23,490 nt of DNA from Azolla caroliniana. Lineage: Eukaryota > Plantae > Polypodiophyta. Position 1 is the first letter of the stretch; every line of letters starts with the position of its first letter. A model generated the notes under the pieces. The model saw nothing but the letters and a program-made list of their open reading frames with translations. It had not been told where the DNA came from and did not search any database. The position numbers and the translations under genes are program-made. Shown one piece after another: positions 10,082-19,520 of this stretch. Location: contig JBHGNT010000477.1 of NCBI GenBank assembly GCA_043228905.1, positions 1 to 23,490 on the forward strand, given 5' to 3'.

Positions 10082-10401
10082 TGTTGAGGGAGCAAGCTCA
10101 ACCGGATCTGGATCGGCTGAATAAGCAAAGAGCTGGATCGGCATCCGGATGGTATCCGGAAACAACCGGCCAGATCAGAGAGCCGGATTCAAGCGGGAAC
10201 CGGAGGCCTAGTAGTAGCCTAGACTACTAGGTAATCATTGTCTTGTAGTTAGTGTTAGTCGCACGTAGGAATATTGAAGTACCTATCAGTACTTTTGTCA
10301 GTCCTTTATGGACTTGTATAAATAGTGTTGTTTAGAACGTTGTATGTACAGAGTTTTCAGAGTGATATTTTGAATTGAGTTTATGTTCTACTCTCTCTCT
10401 C

Positions 10402-10465
<64 letters not shown>

Positions 10466-10568
10466 ACGTGTATTCTTTGTGTTAAGTTATCCATTAAACC
10501 TTTTCTCATTTTCTGTTGCTATCCGGCTGAGCCAGTTTGTCAAACACTTCCACACATTTACATTCAAA
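10082..10568 (+). repeat. 3' LTR of Copia B (487 bp)
   Basis: Starts TGTTGAGGGAGCAAG and ends ...ACATTCAAA (terminal CA mutated). It is longer than the 5' LTR because of indels and CT expansion. Confidence 0.92.
10391..10463. repeat. (CT)n microsatellite of about 36 units with one CA interruption
   Basis: Seen directly. The 5' LTR counterpart (about 5457-5479) has only about 11 units. Confidence 0.97.
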
Positions 10569-10696
10569 GGTTTTTTATCTCCGAACTGCACTGGAAGCCA
10601 GAGGTCTTTGCACACGAGCATGTCTCTCATCTTCGACTTCCACACCGAGTAGTTGGAGCCGGTTAGCTTAAACATGCCACCGAACAAGTCTTCCAT
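10569..10696 (-). pseudogene. Copia A gag N-terminus
   Basis: Reads MEDLFGGMFKLTGSNYSVWKSKMRDMLVCKDLW (Copia gag L.G.NY..W motif). It rejoins 5177 in frame when Copia B and one TSD copy are removed. Confidence 0.93.
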
Positions 10697-10697
10697 C

Positions 10698-10709
10698 GCT
10701 CTGATACCA
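10698..10709 (-). other. Primer-binding site (tRNA-iMet) of Copia A
   Basis: Plus-strand GCTCTGATACCA is TGGTATCAGAGC on the minus strand, 3 nt after the LTR end and 1 nt before the gag ATG. Confidence 0.95.
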
Positions 10710-10712
10710 CTT

Positions 10713-11187
10713 TGTTAGGAATCAACCGGCCATAACCGGTTACACGTTTGTATTAGTGTGCAAAAACCAAGAACTAGTACACAGAAGAAAAACGTGAAGA
10801 CACAAAGACACCGATATTTTACGTGCAAAACCCGAAATGGGAAAAACCACAGGGGTTCACAAACCCCAAGAAAACATATCACTATAGTAGAGAGGAAGTA
10901 CAATTATGGAACTCGGAGCCAACGACCTCCAATTCTCCTTCGTCTAACAGACGGCTAGAGAGTTACACTCTCACTCTCTCACTCACGGTTACATAGGCAA
11001 CTACCTCGTTATAACTTTACAATAATGATCAACTACAATTTACTAAAGTTTTCCCTAGTTGCTTATAAACAAAAGCAACTTTCTAGCTATTTACAAGTAT
11101 AGCCCACAAGAGGCATTTTAGACTATTTACAATTATAGTCTTCTGAAATGATTTCGATTTCGATTTCGGCCGAGTTACTCACCAACT
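10713..11187 (-). repeat. 5' LTR of Copia A (about 475 bp, single copy)
   Basis: On the plus strand it starts TGTTAGG next to the PBS and ends ...CACCAAC(T), the expected ...CCAACA terminus with one change, where LINE-like sequence resumes. The outer boundary is inferred because no second LTR is available for comparison. Confidence 0.75.
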
Positions 11188-11395
11188 TGGTTCTTCTCTT
11201 CCCATCTAGAGGGACCTGTTTCCCAACATTGGAGACACGTTGCTTGAGTGTTTGGAATGGGATCCTGCAAAATATAAGTGAAGGGGATAACAAGATAAAT
11301 TAATAGGTTTCTTCGAGTACTCGACGTGCTTGGGGAGAAAGTTATGCTTGCAACGTGAGAAGTGATCCAACAAATGGGCCCATGTAGTTGTTGAT

Positions 11396-12229
11396 TTGGT
11401 CTTCGTGGATAGAACCAGGAGCAAGATATGGAACTCATCCCTCCCGAAGAGGGTCAAAGTGTTTTTTCTGGTTAATCACCCATCGGGTTGTTCCAACTGG
11501 AGAGTGTCTTGTGAAAGGGGTGGCATGAGTGATTACAAGGCCTGTGAAGTGAGTTTGTTGGATATCGCACACTATTTGTGGAGTTGCCCACGTGCCCAAG
11601 AAGTTTGGACGAGGAGCTTAAGAATCTTGGCTCCATGCGGGGTTAATGTTGATGTTTTGAGCGCAACTGTTATCTGGTTGGCTATTGAATCAGCTACGTG
11701 GTTTCGTGCGTGGAATGGGTTCAATAGTCCCTCTTTAAATGTGGTGCATAGAATTGTACAACCTTCAACACAAGGGGGTGCATTCTACATACAAGAACGA
11801 TATGTGGACATTTGGCTATTAGTGGTCGGCCTTACAGTTTGGCAAGTGTGGCTATCAAGATGCAAGGAATCTTTCACGAGTAAGCGAACCCCACCGACTA
11901 AGAGTTTAATGATGATATGGTTTTATTTTATTTCTACGTTACAAGGAGAGTTTGAAAGCATTCAGGGGACCTCAAATGTGAGTGAAGAAGCTAGAGGTCG
12001 TTTCCTCTTGAAATGGAGAGGTTCTTCGATGCTACAAATGGTGGATGGCAATGCAAAGTGGAGTTATCAGCCACCACGGTGGTTGTTCCCTCTGAGGGTA
12101 CCAAACATCGCAAATAGGTGGGCTCACATAAAGGGTATGTGGTTGAGTATATTGTGTTCATCGGATACATGTTATAATCCAGATTGTCCAAGGGAAGTTT
12201 GCTCATCCTTCTCTATTCGTCCCTCTTGA
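11396..12229 (+). pseudogene. LINE ORF2 C-terminal remnant (zf-RVT region)
   Basis: Contains KIWNSSLPKRVKVFF, ..ACEVSLLDIAHYLWSCPRAQEVW and WQVWLSRCKESF. The ORF start is not an ATG and there is no RT core. Confidence 0.85.
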
Positions 12230-12361
12230 TGCGGTGGTTATTAGCTTATATTTTTGTTGATTCCTTTGTACATGTTGGTCTTTTTGTCGCCATGCAAGTT
12301 CTGTAAGATATGAGTTGTTGTATATTATCCTATGTACATTGACTTAACTAATGGAAGTAGT

Positions 12362-12424
12362 AAAAAAAAAAAAAAAAAAAAAATTGTTTTTTTTTTTTTT
12401 TTGGGGGGGGGGGGGGGGGAAGGG
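12362..12424 (+). repeat. LINE poly-A tail followed by T and G homopolymers
   Basis: A21-TTG-T17-G17-AAGGG, seen directly. Confidence 0.9.
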
Positions 12425-12441
12425 AGGGTCATGCTTAGATA
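12425..12441 (+). repeat. Right target-site duplication of the LINE
   Basis: AGGGTCATGCTTAGATA, identical to 2867-2883. Confidence 0.9.
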
Positions 12442-13629
12442 ACTATCACTAACTCCTAAGAAAATGGCTTTTTTGAATTCACTGTCCACGCCCCATTAAG
12501 GATCACATTGCCTACCTTAGGTTGCAAATGCACTAAAAATGTGTGGATAAGGAGAGGTTGGTCTAGATCTCAATGCATCAAATTTGTGTTCAATCCTTTT
12601 ACGTGATTATCATTGGTTCTATTTATGCGGGATACCTGCCTACATGAACGATATTACACAAGACAAGTCGTCAGTGTCTAGCTGCAAGCCCACTCCTAGA
12701 CTTCATGTCGCTCATTCCTTGTAAATCATGCTTACACCATGAACTTGGTCGCTATTGACTACAAGAGACATGATAATACACGATACAAAACTTATTACAT
12801 TATAGTATCATGTACTAAATCTTCATCTATCTAGGATTTAATTAAATCAAAACATCGTCTATGTAATGGGTTTCGATATCTCATATGAACTAGCCAACAA
12901 TCTAGTTTTTAGTTGGACATGACATTTGACGATCTAGTTTTAGTCGGACATGATAATACATGTAAATTGTGTGTGGATGTGATGCACTAAACATGAATCA
13001 AAAACTTAATGCATTTCTTGAAAGATCGGATTTAATTATATATAATTAATGTAGTGCTAGTGGACGCAAGGAAGGATTTGTCGAGGAGAAAACAAAAGAA
13101 ATAAAAATCTTAATGCATTTTCTTGAAAGATTCTTATGAGTTCTAATCGAGTTTGTGTGAAGGACAAGTTTTATGCAAGCAATGCTATTTTGGGAAAGTT
13201 TCCAAATTAGGAATGACCAGGTCAAAAATGATGATAAGGACTTTTCCCCTTAATGTATCATTGATGATGGAACATTAGACTTCCTGAAATGGAAAAAGTA
13301 AAAATAAAAACAAGTTCTTCCCTGGAATGGAATCTCTCCATATATATATATATATATACAGATTCTCAGATCAAGCAATGCACTAATTGCTTGATTATAA
13401 TCTATATCATGTGCAATGAAGCTAATTATATTGAGCTGAGTTCAAAATCATTCATGTTAGATCTATGCAATGGTAGGGAATTAGCTGCACCTGCGGATTA
13501 ATTATTATAATTACATCGTTATGTCCTCCGGATCGGGCCCTTGTACCGATTTTTTACCATAATTTTGTGATTAGATAGATGCCAGTTTGAATCCTATGGT
13601 AGAATCATATCTGTGGAAGAAGGATCAAG

Positions 13630-14427
13630 ATGAGTTCGAAGCATCAACATCGCAAGGGGCCCTCGAAGAAAGGGTGCATGAAGGGGAAGGGCGGGCCCGA
13701 GAACGCGGCATGCACATATAGAGGCGTGCGGCAGCGGACATGGGGGAAATGGGTGGCGGAGATCCGGGAGCCCAGCAAGAAGGCGGGCTCCCGCCTCTGG
13801 CTCGGCACCTTCTCCACGGCCCACGAGGCAGCCCTCGCCTATGATGAAGCCTCCAAGGCCCTCTACGGGCCCTCGGCCCCCCTCAACATACCCGACATAA
13901 CTGCCTCGTGCCCTAGCCCCTCCTCACACAACATGTCTAGAAGACCCTATCGTCTCGACACCACGAGTGCGGACAACATGTCTAGAAGACCCTATCATCT
14001 GAACACCACGAGTCCGGACGCCTCTACCACGAGAGTGACAACAGCTTATGTTGGTACGGTTACCGGAGCTAGTGCGGGTGCCCATTGTCTTGGTCTTGGT
14101 ACCACCCATGATTTGGGTGGCCATACGAGTGGCTTGATAGTGGCCCACGAGGATTACGTGGACGAGAGCACCGACTTCTCGTGCTCATTGCATGCGGCCT
14201 TAGGGTCAAGGGCCGAAGATGTGACCACTGACTTCTCATGCTTGTTGGACGCAGCCTTAGGATCGGGAGCCGAAGATGTAATATCGATGTTATACCAAGA
14301 TTGTTGCGTGATGGAACGGGCCCTAGAGGACTCCCCCAAGATGAGGAGCTATATGGTGGATTGCAATAACATTGATGATGATGAATTGATGGACCTTCCT
14401 GCATTAGACATTATCAACATCAATTAA
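13630..14427 (+). CDS. DREB2: AP2/ERF transcription factor, DREB A-2 (DREB2-like, group IV), intronless, 265 aa
   Basis: The DREB2 signature [13 protein letters not shown] precedes the AP2 domain [19 protein letters not shown]...[32 protein letters not shown], which has the DREB-type V14 and E19. The C-terminus is acidic. The symbol denotes the subfamily, not an orthology call. Confidence 0.95.
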   Translation: MSSKHQHRKGPSKKGCMKGKGGPENAACTYRGVRQRTWGKWVAEIREPSKKAGSRLWLGTFSTAHEAALAYDEASKALYGPSAPLNIPDITASCPSPSSHNMSRRPYRLDTTSADNMSRRPYHLNTTSPDASTTRVTTAYVGTVTGASAGAHCLGLGTTHDLGGHTSGLIVAHEDYVDESTDFSCSLHAALGSRAEDVTTDFSCLLDAALGSGAEDVISMLYQDCCVMERALEDSPKMRSYMVDCNNIDDDELMDLPALDIININ

Positions 14428-15100
14428 TTCTAATCATTTTTCATCATCTTCTTCTTCTGCCTCTTTTGGTTTCATTTATTTATATTGCCTTCATTCCAAC
14501 ATAGCTACTAGTATAGATTCTTTTTTGTTGTTTGGTTTCTATGATTTAATTTATTAATTTTATTATTATTACCAAAACATGGTCGTCGGTGTCATAAGAC
14601 CATGTTAACTAATGTATCGAGGGTAATCTTTGCTTTTGCCATAATGGGATTTTCTTGCCAGGTTTTTCAACTATTAGATTGAATATGTAAGCCCGCACAA
14701 CGAACAAGCAACAATAGTGGTTGTTTGTAGTAGTGAGTGATCCCAATTATCCATTACCCCCATTATCATCAATTTGTATTGTGTGACTATTTGTGAGTTA
14801 ATTCGAACAAAGTTGTAATTATATATATATATATGACATGGCTCTTATGTACATTTTGGAAAGGACGTTGTTCCATCTATGAATGTGAGTAAAGTACATA
14901 TTGTTTGTCTTGAATTGAGAATTGAAATAATCATACAATTAGAAGTTGAATTTGAATGTTTTATTGATCAACTTTTATGTTAACTTGGAGGGAATATTGA
15001 AACATTTTGACGTAAGACTTGTGAGATATACTATTCCTTATATTCACAATGGTGGAATAGTATTGGTAAGAATAGGTGGGTCGATGCAAATTGACACTAT

Positions 15101-15211
15101 TGTAAAATGTGTATATGACAAAGTAAAGCATCATTAAGTTGTGATACAACATTAGTGTGTGAAAATGTGTATATGACAAGTAAAGCATCATTGAGTTGTG
15201 ATACAACACTA
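15101..15211. repeat. Tandem repeat of about 60 bp, 2 copies
   Basis: AAAATGTGTATATGACAA(A)GTAAAGCATCATT.AGTTGTGATACAACA.TA occurs twice. Confidence 0.9.
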
Positions 15212-15331
15212 TACCACGATGTCGTTAGTAGATGAAGATTGTGGGACATCGAGGGCATTCCAAGAATTTGAGCATTGTTGAAATACTATTATGAGTTTTG
15301 TAATTATATGGTTTACTTAGTGTTGAATGTA

Positions 15332-15399
15332 AGTTATTAACTTACCTAGCATTAGGTAAGTTAACAACTAACTATCCAATGCTAGGTAAGTTAATAGCT
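15332..15399. repeat. Three-arm inverted repeat
   Basis: 15332-15348 pairs with 15353-15369 (16/17), and 15332-15353 pairs with 15378-15399 (21/22). Confidence 0.85.
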
Positions 15400-15666
15400 A
15401 TCCAATGTGTAACCATTCAGATTAAGTGCACACTTCGATCTCAAGGAAAAAAATGTGCTCAGAAAAAATGCTTTGTTAGTGCTTTTTAAGTGAGCACTTT
15501 GATGTCAAGGCAAAAATGTGCTAGGGCAATTTATATTGAAGATCTTTCTCTCTAAAATATTTCTCCTCAACATTTTGAGAAAGGCAACCCCAACAACCAC
15601 CGATCAAACCTGTCTTGGTGTTATAGATCCCATGTTGTTGCTCACCATGCTATTGCATGTACACTT

Positions 15667-16153
15667 CTACATTCTTCTCCAGGTATGTACACTTTGTGTA
15701 CATGCCCAAAAACGGGTTTAATTGCTGATTTGGGTGTACATAGCTACTACATTCTTCTCCACATGTGTATACTTTTTGTACATGCCCAAAAGTGTGTCTT
15801 AATTGCCGAATTGGAGTCCATTTGTTGAATTTAGCTTGGGTAAATGCTAATGTTGATTAGACACAAATGTTTAGTTTTCTTAGGAGGGAAAAATAATCAA
15901 TTGTAAAAGAGTATGTAATGGATTTGTGTGGTTTGTTATGGCTGAATTGGAGTTCATTTGCCGAATTTAGTTCAGATAAATGCCAATATGTTAGATTAGA
16001 TGCACAAATTGTGGTTCTCTTAGAATGAGGGAAAGGGGATTCCAAAATAATCGATTGTAAAAGAGTATACGGTGGATTTATGTGGTTTTTATGGCTGAAT
16101 TGGAGTCCATATGCTGAATTTAGTTTAGGTGAATGCTAATATGTTGATTAGAT
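15667..16153. repeat. Adjacent degenerate tandem arrays: an 80-bp unit twice, then a unit of about 136-152 bp (two copies plus a partial third)
   Basis: CTACATTCTTCTCCA...GTACATGCCCAAAA occurs at about 15667 and 15747. GC.GAATTGGAGT.CAT.TG..GAATTTAG occurs at about 15805, 15941 and 16093. Confidence 0.85.
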
Positions 16154-17960
16154 GTACTTTTGTCATGAAACAATGTTTTTTTTAATAGGATTTTGCCCTC
16201 TATAAAAAGCACATTTAATAGAATGGCATACTTAAATGGACACACACTTAACCAAATTGTTATTGTATGCCTAAGGGAATATATGGAATAATACACATTC
16301 ATCTACATTTCAAGCTCGTTACATGGCACCCAAAGACAATGCAAATTTCATTAGTATCTTGTTTTTATAATCGAGGGTACTTAACTGAGCTTAGTTGTAG
16401 ATATATACAATAAGTAGCATGTTTGATGGTTAGTATAAGTAGCACATGTTTCTACCATATTATGACTAATGAGTAATAAGCTATGCATCCACGTAGGTTG
16501 GACTACTTAGTCATTTTTAGTTTAGCTTGAACAGAATATTTAGAACTTTTAACTATTGTGTTTCTACTAATATGCAAGTCAATGGTGGCTTTCATATTCA
16601 TGAATATCCACCTTGGCACTAGTATGAAGAATTGGGGGATTCATTGTGTCGATTGTATTACGTCGCAATATCATGTCGATGTTGTCTTTTTAGTTCTCTA
16701 AGTGTAACTCCAAAATTATGGAGCAAATGTTACACATTAGTTCACACAACATTATCATGGCTCATTACCCTCGGATAATTATGTGCTTCCACGGGATATT
16801 GTAGTTCAAACGTATACGCCACAAGCTATCAATGATGTATCAATGTTGAAACGGCCACCTCGTTTTGAAGTCTATAATATAATTTGCTACCCCTGGATTA
16901 TCCACATGCTTTCATAGCCTTGTGTGGTTTGAATATATGATTCATGCCTTATTTGTACGATGTACCTATGCCTTATATTTGAATCTCAAAGTTAATTGTT
17001 TCATTGGCTTGGCATATCTTATTTGTACGAATGTCATATATTTGAATCTCTATTTTTTACTTGATTTCAAAAGCCTTATAATTTTTAATAATGCTCTTGT
17101 TAACTTCACCTAAGATGGAGAGTATTGAATTAATTCAATATGTTAATTCATCTACGATTTACAAATCCAAAATGGAGGTAACATAGCATTGCTCTTCGTT
17201 ACACATTTAAGACTATATTCTATACAAGACGAATTATACCCAACCAATACTAAGATTCTACGTGCATGTGGAATCTACTATGTGCACTTAGGCAAGAATA
17301 ATATCTAATGGAAATTCCCTCTCCTTATACGGGAGACTTTGTGCACAATAGACAAAGCACCTTGCAACATATCTATTCCTCGCACACATAACTGGCATTG
17401 GCTTGACGTGAAAAAACATAGGCATTTTCAAATGGGTACTTCTAAAAAAAAGGTTGCCATATAGTTTGCGACGTCCGATAAGTTCAAGTCAACAAAATTC
17501 TATGAGAACATCATATTCAACTTATCTTAAGTAAAGTTGAAATATTGACCCCAAATTTACATAACCATATTTAACAACATAGTTATCACTCAAATTGAAG
17601 TAATAGAGCACCTTAAATGAATGTGTTCAAACACTGGCACATATCATAAGTTATAACGAAGTACCTCGACATTCCAATGTAGAAGGCATCATTCAACAAC
17701 TTGTGTTAGTGATGAAACATTCACATTGTAATTTACCCATAAGCATTGGTCGATGAAAACAATCTATGAAATACATTGTACAATAACACTATGAGGGACA
17801 ACATATAGAGCGAGAGCAACAAAATTAAAATGGTAGCATTAAATTATCCTCGTTAGGTCGGGATATCCTTTGGATCTATATTTATATGAGAATGACATTT
17901 CTCCTTGTTTTTGCATATCCTTTTATATAGCTTTAGTACAACATTTGGTAAGCTGACTCG

Positions 17961-18195
17961 TGATAACCCTTGGTCAATTGTTCTCCGAAACTCAACATTT
18001 GAAGGTGAAAGACCGAAAAAATACTTGAGAGTTCTTTGTTCCTAAATCACCCTCAAGTTTTCGTAATATCGAGTTTTTTGTTCGTTAATTACCCTTAGCT
18101 TTCATAAGCGTATCATTTGCCCTTGATTAATCCTTCAAAGAGATCAAAAATGTCAAAGACAGGAAGAGCAAACCAAAACAGAGCTAGGCAAAGGT

Positions 18196-18241
<46 letters not shown>

Positions 18242-18549
18242 CAAGAGATAGACACAACAAAATATAGGATTTCGTGACAGGTGAATCCCTGTATTTATAC
18301 ATGTCTGTGGGCTCTACATGTAGTTCCATGCATAGAACCCTTTTCATGCAAAGGCTTTTGGAATGTTCCATCTTCTGGAGCTTTTTGGAAACTTCTAATA
18401 ACTCTTAGAACACAAAATAGATAATCTACTAATAACACAACCATGTATTGGGTGTGTACATGGTTGTGTTGGTTAAAACACAACACTTGATTAGAATACA
18501 AGAGGTCAAGAGTTTGATTCTTGATATGATTGGTGTCATGTCCATAACA
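17961..18549 (-). mobile_element. Possible decayed solo LTR
   Basis: The minus strand starts TGTTA and ends TATCA. TATAAATA (18299-18292) lies about 55 nt upstream of a (CT)19 tract, the same layout as the Copia B LTR. No TSD was found, so the boundaries are tentative. Confidence 0.3.
18201..18238. repeat. (AG)19 microsatellite
   Basis: Seen directly. Confidence 0.97.
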
Positions 18550-19114
18550 AAAAAGGGGGATGATTTCACCATTAATAATTGAATAAATAGTACCTAGTGA
18601 TTGAGAAGTACAACGAATCCCACATGTAATTCCTCATTAGCAAAAATAGAGGAATCTAACTCATAACAAATGGAATAATACACATGACAGAAAAAGAGGA
18701 TGAATCAACACAAAATTGCTCAACCGCACTATATCAACTTCTCTCTTAGTAGTTGATTGCCCTAAGGCACCATGCCCTACAATCAAATGGCATTATAACT
18801 AGCTTTCAATCGTGTGCATGTATGTAATCCAATATTTGCTAGGAATGGTCATGGGAGACAACTATCTATAACTTTGAGCAATTGTAGAACAAATACAACA
18901 TTACATTACTTTTAACGCTACAACTTTGGAACACCCAAAAACTCAACAAAAAGGATGAGACATGCTTACATTTTTTTTACACCTATGTGGCTCTAATAGC
19001 AATAGACTACACAAAATACATCACACAACTTCTAACCCATACTCTTCTATCCAATGATGGAGTGTATAATATAAGATGCCTTATGGCCCAACTCAAGAAC
19101 ATCCAATTGGAAGA

Positions 19115-19470
19115 TTGGTAAATAATGGACTCGCTACAAAAGAAAAGAATTACATCCCTTCGTTAACTCGTCATATATAAGACCAAACTCTCTATATATA
19201 GAGTGAGAAATACGTTTCTTATTTATGAACAAAAAGAAAGGGTGCAAAATTAGAAGGTGATTCAAGAGACTCAACTCGTTTTACACCATCCCTTGGTAAA
19301 TAATGGACTCGCTATGAAAGAAAAGAATTACATCCCTCCATTAACTCGTCATATATAAGACTAAACTCTCTATATACAGAGTGAGAAATACGTTTCTTAT
19401 TTATGAACAAAAAGAAAGGGTGCAAAATTAGAAGGTGATTCAAGAGACTCGACTCGTTTTACACCATCCC
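19115..19470. repeat. 178-bp tandem duplication (19115-19292 and 19293-19470)
   Basis: TTGGTAAATAATGGACTCGCTA...TTTTACACCATCCC occurs twice, with about 7 mismatches by eye. Confidence 0.97.
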
Positions 19471-19520
19471 TTTTCTTTTCTCCATAGCTCTTGATTGAAA
19501 TGCATTGGTTTGAGACACTT

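Larger units (their letters stand above)
5183..10568 (+). mobile_element. Ty1/Copia LTR retrotransposon B, both LTRs present, coding region decayed
   Basis: LTRs at 5183-5584 and 10082-10568, PBS at 5585-5596, PPT at 10070-10081, gag-PR-IN-RT-RH domain order, and a TSD of GGTCT (5178-5182) versus GGTTT (10569-10573), a 4/5 match. Confidence 0.95.
3605..11187 (-). mobile_element. Ty1/Copia LTR retrotransposon A (Tnt1/Tork-like), 3'-truncated within integrase and interrupted by Copia B
   Basis: 5' LTR at 10713-11187, tRNA-iMet PBS, and gag, zinc knuckle, protease and N-terminal integrase in Copia order. There is no RT, RNase H or 3' LTR. The clade call rests on remembered similarity to Tnt1 motifs. 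Confidence 0.9.
2884..12382 (+). mobile_element. L1-clade LINE, 5'-truncated and internally deleted, split by nested Copia elements (own sequence about 2884-3604 plus 11188-12382)
   Basis: It contains a decayed ORF1 zinc knuckle YESLSGQYFACKEMGHMAK*SP (2931-2996), an SNRFDIL motif near 3200 and an endonuclease-start-like LSLLCL near 3510-3530. The zf-RVT region and W..W..R motif are in ORF 11396-12229, poly-A is at 12362-12382, and the TSD is 17 bp. Confidence 0.85.

Noticed and set aside
9017-10165. Antisense ORFs (9017-9469, 9508-9732, 9773-10165) as an antisense or env-like gene
   Set aside because: They show no recognisable motifs and are best explained as shadows of a purine-rich sense strand. 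The sense-strand extension has no signal peptide or transmembrane segment, so it is not env-like either.
5183-10568. Naming the Copia elements as specific Physcomitrium RLC families
   Set aside because: This is plausible but cannot be verified without a database comparison, and the species is itself only inferred.
10383-10652. Leu-Ser repeat ORFs here and at 5441-5638 and 18153-18371
   Set aside because: They are translations of CT/AG microsatellites.
13594-14404. Minus-strand ORFs overlapping DREB2
   Set aside because: They are antisense shadows of a GC-rich CDS.
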